DNA of 64,000 nucleotides from a phage. The stretch is taken from the sequence record NC_129898.1; one strand, given 5' to 3'. Shown one piece after another: positions 1 to 10,362 of this stretch. Each line of letters begins with the position of its first letter. Within the stretch, counting starts at the first letter, position 1. The translations under genes and the position numbers were made by a program. The notes under the pieces were generated by a model. That model was not told the DNA's origin and searched no databases. It worked only from the letters and a program-made list of their open reading frames with translations.

Positions 1-126
1 TTTAACGAAGACATCGAGGGTGCTGAACCTTACTATCAGACCCTTATCGTTGCGGAGTGTGTTGAGCTATCTGCAAACATGCACAGTTTGATTCTTTTTG
101 AGCTTGACTCTGAAGACCTTCAGTAG
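1..126 (+). CDS. 3' end of an upstream gene (partial, unknown product)
   Basis: Frame 1 is open from the window edge to TAG at 124-126; no start in window. Confidence 0.3.
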   Translation, partial: FNEDIEGAEPYYQTLIVAECVELSANMHSLILFELDSEDLQ

Positions 127-147
127 TTAGTAAGACGTGAGTATAAA

Positions 148-165
148 GGGGAGGAACTCCTCCCC
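148..165 (+). promoter_or_regulatory. 5'-leader stem-loop upstream of methyltransferase gene
   Basis: GGGGAGG-AACT-CCTCCCC inverted repeat followed by CA-rich leader and purine-rich RBS before ATG 191; same layout recurs before many genes. Confidence 0.4.
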
Positions 166-190
166 ACAAAACTGGGGAGAGCACCAAACG

Positions 191-1531
191 ATGAGCAAAA
201 CCAAATTAGAGCTTACCTGGACAGGCAAAAACGAGCGAAAAAAGTTAGATCCGTGCATTTTGTTAGAAGATACGAGCAAGTCTTATCACGCCAGTCAAAA
301 GGTTACCGAAAACGATATTTTTGATAATAAACTGATTTTTGGCGATAACTTACTGGCATTGAAGGCACTAGAGCAAGAGTATGCAGGCAAAGTGAAGTGT
401 GTTTACATAGACCCACCATTCAATACCGGAAGGGATTTTGAGCACTACGATGATAGCCTGGAGCACTCCATTTGGCTGGGCTTAATGCGGGACAGGTTAG
501 AAATAATTCGTAATCTGCTAAGCGATGATGGAGTAATATTCGTTCACCTAGATGACTGCGAAATGGCTTATTTAAAAGTTTTGATGGACGAGATTTTTGG
601 TCGTGCAAATCAGTTAAATACCATATCGATGACCACGAACTGTCCTTCGGGCTTTAAGGCAACAGGAACTACAGTTTTCTCCACAGCAAACTTTTTGCTT
701 GTATATGCAAAAGATCGTACCAAGAAGCCGCTTAACAAAATCTATATACCTAAAGGATATGATACGGGATATAACAAATATCTATTAAACCCGGATGACC
801 ATTATAAAAGTTGGACGTGGTGCGGTATTGCCGATGCGTTTGCAAAGGCCAATGGCTATAAAGATACAAAAGAGGCCAAGAAAAAACTGCCTGATACATT
901 TGATGATGAATTAGCACAATTTGCAATTGATAATGCAGAACGTGTATTTCAATCCGTTGCAATTGGCGGCGGTGCTAAGATAAAGAGAAAAGAAACTATC
1001 GAGAAGTCAAAGAAAGACAGGGATAAGGTTTATGTACATCCAAATGAGGATGTCGAAGGCTTTTATATCGTAAATGGTAGGCAAATGGTATTTTACTCTA
1101 ATAGGCTTTTGGAAATTGACGGTGAGATGCAGCCTGCTGAACTAATAACTGATGTTTGGACTGACATTAGTTGGAATGGAATAGCAAATGAAGGAGGCGT
1201 TAGTTTCAAAAATGGGAAAAAACCTGAAGCGCTTTTAAAGCGGATTTTCGAAATGTGTACGCGAGAAGGGGATTTAGTCTTGGATTCGTTCGGCGGTTCA
1301 GGAACTACTGCTGCTGTAGCTCACAAGATGAAAAGACGTTGGATCTCGGTCGAGCTAGGTGATCATTGTCATACCCATATCATCCCGCGCTTGCAAAAAG
1401 TGATCGATGGCGAAGATCAAAGTGGTATTTCTAAATCTGTAAACTGGCAAGGTGGCGGCGGCTTTCGCTATTACAAACTTACCCCGAACTTAGTTGTGAA
1501 AGATAGGTTTGACTCAGAAGAAGATTTATAG
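191..1531 (+). CDS. DNA methyltransferase, beta-class (Type III Mod-like N6-adenine/N4-cytosine family)
   Basis: LELTWTGK N-terminus; motif IV IDPPFNTG precedes motif I LDSFGGSGTT. Start moved from 137 to ATG 191 because 137 lies inside the leader hairpin. Confidence 0.85.
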   Translation: MSKTKLELTWTGKNERKKLDPCILLEDTSKSYHASQKVTENDIFDNKLIFGDNLLALKALEQEYAGKVKCVYIDPPFNTGRDFEHYDDSLEHSIWLGLMRDRLEIIRNLLSDDGVIFVHLDDCEMAYLKVLMDEIFGRANQLNTISMTTNCPSGFKATGTTVFSTANFLLVYAKDRTKKPLNKIYIPKGYDTGYNKYLLNPDDHYKSWTWCGIADAFAKANGYKDTKEAKKKLPDTFDDELAQFAIDNAERVFQSVAIGGGAKIKRKETIEKSKKDRDKVYVHPNEDVEGFYIVNGRQMVFYSNRLLEIDGEMQPAELITDVWTDISWNGIANEGGVSFKNGKKPEALLKRIFEMCTREGDLVLDSFGGSGTTAAVAHKMKRRWISVELGDHCHTHIIPRLQKVIDGEDQSGISKSVNWQGGGGFRYYKLTPNLVVKDRFDSEEDL

Positions 1532-1590
1532 TAATATTTAAAACATCGAAGGGGAGGTCTACTCTCAGCCCGAGATAAGGAGAACACCGA

Positions 1591-1896
1591 ATGATGAAGC
1601 GTTATAAACCCTACACTTTTGAAATCGATTTCGAACTTGACGATATGCTCACTGTAGAGGCTCAGGCAGTTGTCCAGCTGCCAGATCAGGAGTGCTGTGA
1701 TTCTGATGTTGATTATTATGGATTTAGACAAATTACTGATGTGCATGTTTACCACAACGGAGAAGAGGTGGATTTTCACCAGCTGCCAAACGATCTGCGC
1801 CACTCGATTTACAAACGTGCAGCACGTGAACTAGAGTCCTATTTGGATGCAGCAACAACAGCAGCAGCATTTGCTGAAGAAGTAGGAGGCTTCTAA
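1591..1896 (+). CDS. hypothetical protein (101 aa)
   Basis: ORF with AAGGAG RBS; stop overlaps next start; no recognisable motif. Confidence 0.5.
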   Translation: MMKRYKPYTFEIDFELDDMLTVEAQAVVQLPDQECCDSDVDYYGFRQITDVHVYHNGEEVDFHQLPNDLRHSIYKRAARELESYLDAATTAAAFAEEVGGF

Positions 1897-2294
1897 TGAT
1901 TACAGATGTGAAGATTATTCAATACCACTTAACCAAATTGGAAGATGCTGAAAAAGAGCTTGCAGAAGTTCTGAATAGTGGGTATACTTTACTTACATGC
2001 TCCTGTTCAGACACATACATTGTGTGGACACTTGCTAAGAAGGAAGAACCAGCAGGAATCTTGGTGCCAAACCCTAAGATTATTAGTGAGGTGGACGACT
2101 ACTCTCAGGATGGCCTGCCAGAAGGCTGGGAAGCATGGGAAGGTGGTGAAAACCCTGCACCAGGTAAGTGGGTAAAATACAAGCTGCGGAGTGGTACACA
2201 ACATGCTTACTACTCTGATGATCTGGACTGGGGTCACTCTTCACCAGATTCGTTTGAAAGTCAATATGATATCGTTGCTTATCAGGAAGAATAA
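1896..2294 (+). CDS. hypothetical protein (132 aa)
   Basis: ORF start overlaps upstream stop (TAATG); no recognisable motif. Confidence 0.5.
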   Translation: MITDVKIIQYHLTKLEDAEKELAEVLNSGYTLLTCSCSDTYIVWTLAKKEEPAGILVPNPKIISEVDDYSQDGLPEGWEAWEGGENPAPGKWVKYKLRSGTQHAYYSDDLDWGHSSPDSFESQYDIVAYQEE

Positions 2295-2306
2295 GGAGAT
2301 AGTGTT

Positions 2307-2789
2307 ATGTCAGATTTCATGTGGAAGGTAGGCTATGCTTCTCCTGAAATGTGCGAGGCCTGCTTTGTGAAAATAGGTCGAGAGGATATCGATAAAGTGA
2401 TCCTTAAGTTTCGTGATGTGGCTGTAATCGGCAACCGAGTGCTTAAGCACTTAAAGAATCTGAAGCTCACCAAAAAGAAGTTCTTTGGGCTTTTCGAAGA
2501 GAAAGTTGATGCTTGGACCCATTGCATTCAGGAAGCTAAATCTCACTACAGTGCTATCGTTACCCCAGAACGGGTAGCTAAGATGGAAGGATTCATCAAC
2601 AGCACAGAGTTTGAGTGCCTAAAGGCTGCCCTTGATAGCTATCCAAAGTGCCTCAAACACCTTGACAAGTATGTGGAAAAAGATGGGGAAATGTATCTCA
2701 CCCTGGATGCATACTATGAGATGCAAGAAATTTTAAATTTAGATTTGACATTGGTATCCACCGAGTATACAATAGGTATCCGGGTTTAA
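2307..2789 (+). CDS. hypothetical protein (160 aa)
   Basis: ORF with AAGGAGA RBS; no recognisable motif. Confidence 0.5.
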   Translation: MSDFMWKVGYASPEMCEACFVKIGREDIDKVILKFRDVAVIGNRVLKHLKNLKLTKKKFFGLFEEKVDAWTHCIQEAKSHYSAIVTPERVAKMEGFINSTEFECLKAALDSYPKCLKHLDKYVEKDGEMYLTLDAYYEMQEILNLDLTLVSTEYTIGIRV

Positions 2790-2795
2790 CACTAG

Positions 2796-2823
2796 GCCCT
2801 GCCCGAAAGGGTGGGGCTTTTTG
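2796..2823 (+). terminator. intrinsic terminator
   Basis: Hairpin CCCTGCCC-GAAA-GGGTGGGG followed by T-run; same element recurs at 13919-13948. Confidence 0.6.
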
Positions 2824-2840
2824 CATTAGGAGACAGCAAA

Positions 2841-3605
2841 TTGAAATTTATCTACAAAGAACACTACCACAAAGGTGTTGTGTGGAGTCTATTTGACGGG
2901 TCTGGTGGTGCAGTTATTGACTGGGCAAAAGCTGGATATCTGTGCCTGTGCTTTAACGCAGAAGGCGCTGACCATGGCAGTTATGCAGAGGTGATAACCG
3001 ATCATCCAAACATTCACTACGTGGATTATTGGATTGACCCGTGGTTTCCTCAAGAAACTTTTTGCATGTACCCAGCTCCAGACTTTATTCTTGCATTTCC
3101 TCCGTGCACGCATTTAGCAGTATCAGGTGCTGCACATTTTAAGAAAAAGCTGGCTAAGGATCCTCTGATTCAAATTAATGCTGTAAAAGATGCTCGGGTT
3201 GCAGAAGAGTTAGGAGAGATTTACGATTGCCCGTGGCATGTGGAGAATCCTGTGGGAGTTATGTCCACACTGTGGCGAAAACCTGATTACCGTTTTCATC
3301 CTTCAGATTATGGCGGGTATTTACCGGAGGATGATGTAAACCCGTGGTTTCCTGAATTTATAGCTCCACGTGATGCCTACCCAAAAATAACTTGCGGTTG
3401 GATAGGCAATGGATTTATAATCCCAGCCACAAAACCTGTTCCGCAAATAGTAGATGCGGTTAGTGGTTATTCTATGCAACACGCTAAGCTAGGTGGAAAG
3501 AGTGCAAGGACGAAGATGATTCGAAGCCTTACACCACGTGGCTGGGCTAAAGCTGTATTCTTAGCAAACGAGCCTGCAGTAAGGAGCAGAATTAATGGGC
3601 AGTAA
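2841..3605 (+). CDS. C5-cytosine methyltransferase-like protein (divergent, short)
   Basis: Motif I-like LFDGSGG, motif IV-like FPPCT (Cys kept, PCT not PCQ), motif VI-like HVENPV in canonical order. TTG start after AGGAGA chosen because ORF-track start 2811 lies in the terminator. Confidence 0.45.
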   Translation: MKFIYKEHYHKGVVWSLFDGSGGAVIDWAKAGYLCLCFNAEGADHGSYAEVITDHPNIHYVDYWIDPWFPQETFCMYPAPDFILAFPPCTHLAVSGAAHFKKKLAKDPLIQINAVKDARVAEELGEIYDCPWHVENPVGVMSTLWRKPDYRFHPSDYGGYLPEDDVNPWFPEFIAPRDAYPKITCGWIGNGFIIPATKPVPQIVDAVSGYSMQHAKLGGKSARTKMIRSLTPRGWAKAVFLANEPAVRSRINGQ

Positions 3606-5673
3606 ATTCATGGCATCTGCATACAACCGTTTCGGTGAGCCAAACCCGAAAGCAACCAAATATAAAAGTGGGGGGAGTGTGAAACGAGACTATCGTGATG
3701 AAAAAGAGGTCGAAACTGTAGAGACTGTTTTAGAAAATACTAAAATTGTCCCTGTCCCACAACAAAATATCGGACTAATGGCTGCACAATACTTTGGTGT
3801 GCGATCAGCATTGTCTCAAGAAGATGGGGTAACGGTCACTGCAACATATTTCCCATATTACGACCGCTACGGTAATCTATCTGGCTTTAAAAAGCGCGAC
3901 TGGACAATCCCTAAAGAGCAAAGAGGCCATTTCTCAGTTGTTGGCATAGTAAAGGCCAACTCTCAGATGTTTGGTCAAAAGCTGTGTGCATCCTCCAACA
4001 ACCGCAAGCAGATTAACGTTTGTGAGGGGGAAGGGGATGTTATTGCAGCATGGCAAGCTGCATATCAGATACAAGTGAAAGGTATTCTCACCAATGCTAA
4101 AGCCCCCGCGAAGGTGAAGCAGTGGGCTAAAGAAGTTCAGGATGGGATCGATGCAGTTATCAACGGCGGCGATCTGGCAGGAAAACCCTGCCTGCCTTTT
4201 GTTGGAATTAACTGCGGGTGTGCAAACGCCGTAGATACTTTTGCTAACAATGAGAAATTTATCCGTAGCTACGGAACAGTGGTCCTTGCAATGGACAACG
4301 ATGCAGCTAACGAGGTAGAGAAGCAAAAACACGTTATCAAAGGTGTTGAGGCCACACATAATATCGCAGCATTTTTGATGGCTGATAACGTTTACCACGT
4401 GGAATACCCAGGTGAGGTAAACGACCCTGATGGTGTAAAAGATATTCGTGACATGCTGAAGGCTAAAAAGCTGGAAGATATTGTCAACATGTTCCGTCAC
4501 CCAGTTAAATATGTGCCCGATGCTGTATCTGATTTAGAAGACTTCTCCATTGAGTCTCTTCGTAAGAAGACTTCCAATGGCGTGGATATCAGTGCGGAGT
4601 TCCCTAAATTGCAGAAGATGCTGAAAGGGCTCCACAAAGGCACCTTGATGATGCTGACAGGTCCATCTGGCGGTGGTAAAACAACTGTAGCCAAGAAGCT
4701 GGAACACTGCATCGCAAGATACTTGATGGATCCAACATGCCCTAAAGCTGATGATTATGAAGAGGATGATCGCCTGTGTCTGATTCACCTTGAAGAGGAT
4801 CCTGAGGAAGCAATCAACTCTCTGTACGCTAACCAGTTGGGGTTTGATGTTAAAGAGTTTGTTGAAGACCCTAGTCAGTTCCTGACCGACCAGGAGCACG
4901 CTGAGATTCATCAATCTTGGGCCAAGGCCGGAAAAATCAAAGTGTTCAAGCATTTCGGCTCCATCCCTGTGGATGAGCTGATCACTAAGCTTAAACAAAT
5001 GGTGTGCCTGTATCACTGCCGTTACATTGTGCTGGATCACTTGTCTATGGTGATTTCAGGGCTTAATGTTAAGGATGAGCGCAAAGAACTTGACATGGCT
5101 ATGACCCAACTAGCTGCGTTCTGTAAGCAGTTTAATGTGTTTATCCTGGTGATTGCTCACCTGAAACGTACAGAGATTGTACCTCCTAAGGATAAGGATG
5201 GGAATCCGTTGCCTTTCTGGTACCCTGTACGAAAAGAGAACCTTCGTGGTAGTGCCGGATTGGAGCAACTCAGCTGGGTAGTTGTTGGGGTAGAAGCAGA
5301 AGAGATGGTGGATCGTTCTCGTGGGCGTGTCCGTCTAGTAGGTCTTAAAAACCGTCCAGCAAAAACGTTAGGTATTGCGGACACTTTAGTTATGGATCCG
5401 CACACAGGCAAGTTCCACGATGCCAGCAATTGGTACTGGGATAAAGAAATGCAAATGTTTACAGACGGAGAAGGTGGGGAGGTTGTTTGGAGACCTCAGG
5501 CTATGTTTGAGGATCAGGATCATGCAGTTGTGGAAACACCTATGGGCAAGGTTGTGGCTGATAAGGTTGTAACTCCTACTGTTACCCCAGTTGACACACA
5601 GGAAGACCTTCAGTATGATGATCCGTCCTCTAACCACGTTCCTGGTTTTGAAGACGACGAAACACCTTTTTAA
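3595..5673 (+). CDS. DNA primase-helicase (TOPRIM plus T7 gp4-like helicase)
   Basis: TOPRIM-like CEGEGDV and MDNDAANE; Walker A LTGPSGGGKTT; IVLDHLSMV like T7 gp4 helicase motif. Confidence 0.85.
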   Translation: MGSKFMASAYNRFGEPNPKATKYKSGGSVKRDYRDEKEVETVETVLENTKIVPVPQQNIGLMAAQYFGVRSALSQEDGVTVTATYFPYYDRYGNLSGFKKRDWTIPKEQRGHFSVVGIVKANSQMFGQKLCASSNNRKQINVCEGEGDVIAAWQAAYQIQVKGILTNAKAPAKVKQWAKEVQDGIDAVINGGDLAGKPCLPFVGINCGCANAVDTFANNEKFIRSYGTVVLAMDNDAANEVEKQKHVIKGVEATHNIAAFLMADNVYHVEYPGEVNDPDGVKDIRDMLKAKKLEDIVNMFRHPVKYVPDAVSDLEDFSIESLRKKTSNGVDISAEFPKLQKMLKGLHKGTLMMLTGPSGGGKTTVAKKLEHCIARYLMDPTCPKADDYEEDDRLCLIHLEEDPEEAINSLYANQLGFDVKEFVEDPSQFLTDQEHAEIHQSWAKAGKIKVFKHFGSIPVDELITKLKQMVCLYHCRYIVLDHLSMVISGLNVKDERKELDMAMTQLAAFCKQFNVFILVIAHLKRTEIVPPKDKDGNPLPFWYPVRKENLRGSAGLEQLSWVVVGVEAEEMVDRSRGRVRLVGLKNRPAKTLGIADTLVMDPHTGKFHDASNWYWDKEMQMFTDGEGGEVVWRPQAMFEDQDHAVVETPMGKVVADKVVTPTVTPVDTQEDLQYDDPSSNHVPGFEDDETPF

Positions 5674-5731
5674 TGTTTAACCAAGAGTGGGAGGGGTAGT
5701 ACAACCGCCTCCCCTTTAAGGAGAACTGTAT

Positions 5732-8155
5732 ATGAGTATGTGGTCTTTCGATCTGGAGGCCTCTGGCTTGCTGGAAGATCCAGATCTTTATTATCACTGC
5801 GGTTTGTTTAAAGAGCTGAATAAGAACCGTTTTATGCTGTTCCTTCCTCTAAATGACCGCACACACTACTCGGAAGAGGATGTAGAGAAGGCTAAGAACT
5901 TTATTCTGGCAAAGAGAACTCTTTATAAAGATTTTGAGGTTCGCATAGCAGATTTTTCAGAGTTGGAAGGTTGGCTTACAGGCAACTCAGACTGGTCACC
6001 TACGGCTTTGAACTGTCATAACTGCTACAGCTATGACTTTATGCTGATGGAAAGATTATCCGGTGTTCATTTTGATATGTTCCGTGATCCTAAATGTATG
6101 GGGACTATTAACGACCACCAGGTTAATCTGTTTGATACGTTGGCGATGAGTCGAATCTTGTGGCCTGACCGCCCTTTGCCAAAAGGTTGTCCGGACGCAG
6201 TATTCAATCCAGTTACCAAGAAAATGCAGCCTGTTGGGCCTCATGGCCTTATGGCATGGGGCTATGCCCTTGGTAACCAGAAAGTTCAAATCGATGACTG
6301 GCGTGAGCTTCCGCTGTGGAAGTATGTGGATCGTGTGTTCGAGGACGTTATCATCCAGGAGTTGCTCTGGAAAGAGTTGGTAGCGGAATCAAAAGGTGTA
6401 TTCTACGGCAAATCTGACATGCAGAACTTTATGTATGACCCTGCCAAAGAGAAGCCTAAAGGATTCAAGAAGATTACCTGGAAGAATGCATTACGCCGAG
6501 GCATGCTGCAGCATTTCCTGATGGAGCTGCAGGCTCGACAGGGTGTGTATTTCGACATAGATGGGGCTATTGCTTTACGTGACCGCTGCGATGCGTGGAT
6601 GAAAGAGATCGCTGATCGTGTTGAACCACAACTTCCTTTAAAAGAGTTATCAATGTCTCAGCGGCCTAAGTTCCCTGAAAAGCCGTTTAACCAGGATGGG
6701 ACAATCTCCAATAATGGTTGGAAATGGTTAAAAGACAAGCTTGGCTATCCTGTGGATATGAGCGCTTTAGAGTTCAAAGCTCCTCCTAAGCGAGCATTTA
6801 CCTCCACAGGGGATGTCAGTAAAATGGGGATAAAATGGTGTGAAGAGATGGGCTGTAAAGACCCAGATAAGATGGCTGATTTCTTGAGAGGGTATATCAA
6901 AGGAACTTCTACACCACACCCTTTACCTAAAGAGCTAATGGATCAGGCAATAAGTGACCTACAGCAGAAGCGAATGCCTGACTGCAAGATACCTATGAAA
7001 ATCAGCAATCAGGACGACATCAAGCGATACCTGATCAGTGCTGGTTGGCTCCCAACAATGTGGAGAACTAAGGATGTAACTAAAGACAGCAAGAAGAAAG
7101 CTCTGCCTGATGCTGATGTTGATGCACGAGTATATGCATATATGGACGAGCTTTTAGAGTCAGAGTATTGTGACCTAATTATCAACTTCTGGAACAAAAC
7201 TGATGCTAAGTTTCAGACAACCGTGCACAAGTTCCGAAGCTTCCCTAACTCAGAAAGGATTAAAAAGGAAGTGTTTGGGAAGATACGTAGAAAAGCCAGA
7301 GCGCTTATTACTTCTCCGCAACTGAAAGATACGTTTGGACACCTATGTCCGAATCTTGAAAAGTTGAACGGAGAGATGGCTAAAGATATCGTCTTGTGGT
7401 TATCCTTGCGAAACCGTAGATCGGTCCTTGATCCAATCAAGGAGGATAAGGTTGATACTGGTCTTCTTAATCATCCACGTTTGAAGATTGACCATAAGCT
7501 TCCTGCTAAAAGTTCTGGATTAACAAACACTTCCAGACAGAAACACAGCATTTGTGCAAACATGCCTAAACCATCTCCTAAAGTGGTTATGGGTAAAGAG
7601 ATGCGTAGTCTGTGGGGTGTTCCTCCAGGATACTTTGAGATCGGTATTGACGGGTCCAACTTAGAGCAGCTTATCGGGGCTTGGGGTGCCTTTGAGTTCG
7701 ACAACGGCCTGTACTATGATGTTGTAAGTAACGGGGACGCGCACCAAAACAATGCTGAGGCATATACAAAGGTAGCAGGTAGGGAGGTGTCTCGTAACGA
7801 TGGTAAACCTATCACGTATGGGGTTATGTATGGGGCACAAAAAGATAAAGTTGCAGATATGCTGGATATCTCTCCAGAGCTGGGGCAGAGAGTAATCGAT
7901 GCTCTCTGGGATGCCAACCCAGGCCTTAAGGGGCGTAAAGAGGATCTGGAGAAATTCTGGGAAGCAACAGGTAAGAAATTTATCTACTCTTTTGACGGTC
8001 ATGCCATTTGGACCCGCTCTAAACACTCTTTGCTTAATGCATATCAGCAAAATGGCGGTGCATCGTTGTGCGACTTGGTCGGAATCCTCATGCACCACCA
8101 AATGGTGAAGCGTGGATGGTATGATGAGGGTGTTCGTCGTATTATTTATTACCAT
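5732..8155 (+). CDS. DNA polymerase, family A (T7-like), exon 1
   Basis: FDLEASGL exo motif; GIDGSNLEQL (motif A) and RNDGKPITYGVMYG (motif B) align to T7 gp5; frame stops just before expected motif C. Confidence 0.85.
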
Positions 8156-8483
8156 AAATAACATTGTGGCTTCGTGCAGTGATGCACGTCGAAAACCTCT
8201 TTAATTGACGGGAAGGCTAAGTTGACTTTTACACCTAAACATGGTAAAAGCTCAATATGCTAATCCGCAGCGAAGCATCCGAGAGGATGAACGTTCAGAG
8301 ACTATCGAAAGCATAGCTCCAACACAGTTTGGGGTGAAGAAGCGAGTAGAGTAGGCCAGCAAGTGCGGTCGAAATGAGAGGTGCCTTGGTAACAAGGCAG
8401 TGAGATAGTCCGATCCATACGGGAAACTGTATGGCTATGCACGTAATGGTGCGGGGTAGCTTAACGACCTACCTGAACTATTG
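8156..8483 (+). ncRNA. group I self-splicing intron (ORF-less) in DNA polymerase gene
   Basis: 328 nt break between YYH and DEYQ; exon ends in U, intron ends in G; UUGUGG guide can pair CCAU|AA; P7-like CAGAGACUA (8296-8304) and UAGUCC (8406-8411). Confidence 0.65.
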
Positions 8484-8837
8484 GATGAGTACCAACTTCA
8501 AGTCCCTGACACACCTAAGTATAAAACTGTATACACCTTCGACACAATTGAAGAGCTGGAAACATTTAAGTCCCAGCAGGAGGCTAAACTTCATGTGTTC
8601 GACGGTCATAAGTACAAAAAGGCACGCAAGGATGAAGAAGGAAACGAAGTAGTTGACAGTGATGGAAATACGGTATACGATCCTATCTTGAACGATGACG
8701 GAAAGCTTGAACTTATCTGGAGCCCTGTGGGCGAAATGGTGGTACATTGCTTCTGGCAAGCTTCTAAAATGATGGGCGTTCCGTTCCAGATCACAGGTGA
8801 ATACTTGTGTGGACGTAACTGGGGCGATTGTCACTAA
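8484..8837 (+). CDS. DNA polymerase, family A, exon 2
   Basis: Joining restores motif C as YYHDEYQLQV (T7 AWVHDEIQV); C-terminus NWGDCH resembles T7 PNWAICH. Confidence 0.7.
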   Translation, partial: DEYQLQVPDTPKYKTVYTFDTIEELETFKSQQEAKLHVFDGHKYKKARKDEEGNEVVDSDGNTVYDPILNDDGKLELIWSPVGEMVVHCFWQASKMMGVPFQITGEYLCGRNWGDCH

Positions 8838-8886
8838 TGTAAACTATCAACACACGGAAGTGTTGTTAGACAGAGAGGAGACTTTT

Positions 8887-9171
8887 ATGGTAGTAGAACC
8901 GACAAAAACATTCACCTCCATGACTATTCCTGTTATTATGCAGGTAGAGTGCGTTCAGGTGTCCCAAGTGTGGCCAGGTACTAAAATTCCAACAGGGCCT
9001 GATTTCTTCCAGGTTGGAAAGGTGTACAATGTATGGAAGGCACCGGATTGTTACCCTTTCATTAAAGATGACCGTGGAATGTTATGGTATCTAGGAAATG
9101 ATTTGACACTGCATCTTGGAAATGCTATTATTGCAGTGTTCCGGCTCAACAAGAAGGAGACAGATCAATGA
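8887..9171 (+). CDS. hypothetical small protein (KDDxG...W family)
   Basis: GAGGAG RBS before ATG 8887; motif IKDDRGMLWYL shared with neighbouring paralogues. Confidence 0.5.
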   Translation: MVVEPTKTFTSMTIPVIMQVECVQVSQVWPGTKIPTGPDFFQVGKVYNVWKAPDCYPFIKDDRGMLWYLGNDLTLHLGNAIIAVFRLNKKETDQ

Positions 9172-9395
9172 CAACTTTGGTTAAAGCTACGTTTGTAGAA
9201 GAAAAGATGACAGGCTTGTCATTCTTTAAAGAAGGAAAGACCTACAAGGTTTATTACGATAAGGATCGCGGAAACAATATGATCGAAGACGAGGAAGGTA
9301 TTTCCTGGTATATCTCTCACCTGGCAAATGGTGAGTATCATATCTATGGAACCACCCTACTTGCCAAGTTTGTAGCTGTTGAAGAGGATCTATGA
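9168..9395 (+). CDS. hypothetical small protein (KDDxG...W family)
   Basis: Start overlaps upstream stop; IEDEEGISWYI motif. Confidence 0.5.
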   Translation: MTTLVKATFVEEKMTGLSFFKEGKTYKVYYDKDRGNNMIEDEEGISWYISHLANGEYHIYGTTLLAKFVAVEEDL

Positions 9396-9586
9396 AAGTA
9401 AAGTATCTGGCTGAAGGTATGAGTAGGTATTTTACCCTTGGAGAAGAGTATTGGCCCTTTACGGAAAATGGAGATGTATACGTGAAGGATGACCAAGGTG
9501 TGCCGTGGTTTCTGCACCATAATGGGTTGGGGTATTCCATCTACTGCGGTGCAGTGAACAACACAACCCTTGCAGAGTTTGTCTAG
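9392..9586 (+). CDS. hypothetical small protein (KDDxG...W family)
   Basis: Start overlaps upstream stop; VKDDQGVPWFL motif; MKVK N-terminus. Confidence 0.5.
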   Translation: MKVKYLAEGMSRYFTLGEEYWPFTENGDVYVKDDQGVPWFLHHNGLGYSIYCGAVNNTTLAEFV

Positions 9587-9596
9587 AGGAGGCAGA

Positions 9597-9968
9597 ATGT
9601 TAGTAAAAGGTACCCACACAGTCAAGCAACGTATTGAAGTTGAGATCGATGATTGTGAGCTGAAGCATATTTTACGGTCATGCTCCAACGTTTTGCTCCT
9701 TAGTATTCTCCAGGAGCGAGCGGAGAGCGAGTTCCTAAATGCACTAGCAGGCCGTCCTGGGGACTTCTGTGTGCGTAAGCGTGAAGATCATAAGTCATGG
9801 TTGTGGGAAATCGATGCCGACTGGGATTACCACAAAAATGAGGGCATAGATGAGCCTATTCGTGAATTGACAGATAAAGAGATTCAGATGTACAATGAAG
9901 TTTGTCATTGGGCAAAACGCCAACAAATTTACCTCGACCCTGTGTGGATGATTGAAAATAGCCATTGA
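9597..9968 (+). CDS. hypothetical protein
   Basis: GAGGAGG RBS before ATG 9597; no recognisable motif. Confidence 0.5.
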   Translation: MLVKGTHTVKQRIEVEIDDCELKHILRSCSNVLLLSILQERAESEFLNALAGRPGDFCVRKREDHKSWLWEIDADWDYHKNEGIDEPIRELTDKEIQMYNEVCHWAKRQQIYLDPVWMIENSH

Positions 9969-10044
9969 CAAGAAGTAAGATTGGATATAAGATGCTTCAC
10001 ACAAACAGAGAGTTGATTTTTAAATAATTGAGGAGACTGCTAAG

Positions 10045-10299
10045 ATGCAAATCACTTTGAAGCCAGAATGCGTTGCAAATGACCGAGCTTTTAAAGATTG
10101 CACAATCGGTGCAATTTATGAAGCAGAGTTTTGTGAGAACCCTCTGGTAAAAGCTCTTCTGGAAGAAGGGACCTATTTATCACAAGAAGAACTTGATGAG
10201 TTGGAAAACTCAGCCCAGTGCCTTACCTTTAAAGATGATGAAGGAGATTCTGTCTGGTGCACCGTTAACGAAGTAGTTTTTGTAAAACCTGAGCATTAA
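10045..10299 (+). CDS. hypothetical small protein (KDDxG family)
   Basis: GAGGAG RBS; DRAFKDCT and FKDDEGDSVWCT shared with 10363-10635. Confidence 0.5.
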   Translation: MQITLKPECVANDRAFKDCTIGAIYEAEFCENPLVKALLEEGTYLSQEELDELENSAQCLTFKDDEGDSVWCTVNEVVFVKPEH

Positions 10300-10362
10300 T
10301 ACTTGACAACAGCGATAGGGCCTAATATAATGGTCCTATCAAAACGAAAGGAGACCACAACA

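Noticed and set aside
137-190. ORF-track start at 137 for the methyltransferase
   Set aside because: Position 137 lies inside the leader hairpin and upstream of the RBS; the homologous N-terminus (LELTWTGK) begins just after ATG 191
2811-2840. ORF-track start at 2811 for the C5-methyltransferase-like gene
   Set aside because: The first codons overlap the terminator hairpin and T-run; a TTG at 2841 preceded by AGGAGA is a more plausible start, though still uncertain
3934-8164. Antisense ORFs inside primase-helicase and polymerase (3934-4500, 4534-5040, 7661-8164, - strand)
   Set aside because: They lie entirely within well-supported long + strand genes, have no RBS and would break the unidirectional arm organisation
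8431-8652. 73 aa ORF 8431-8652 and antisense ORF 8478-8834
   Set aside because: They overlap the intron/exon 2 junction of the polymerase in other frames or on the opposite strand; these are shadow ORFs
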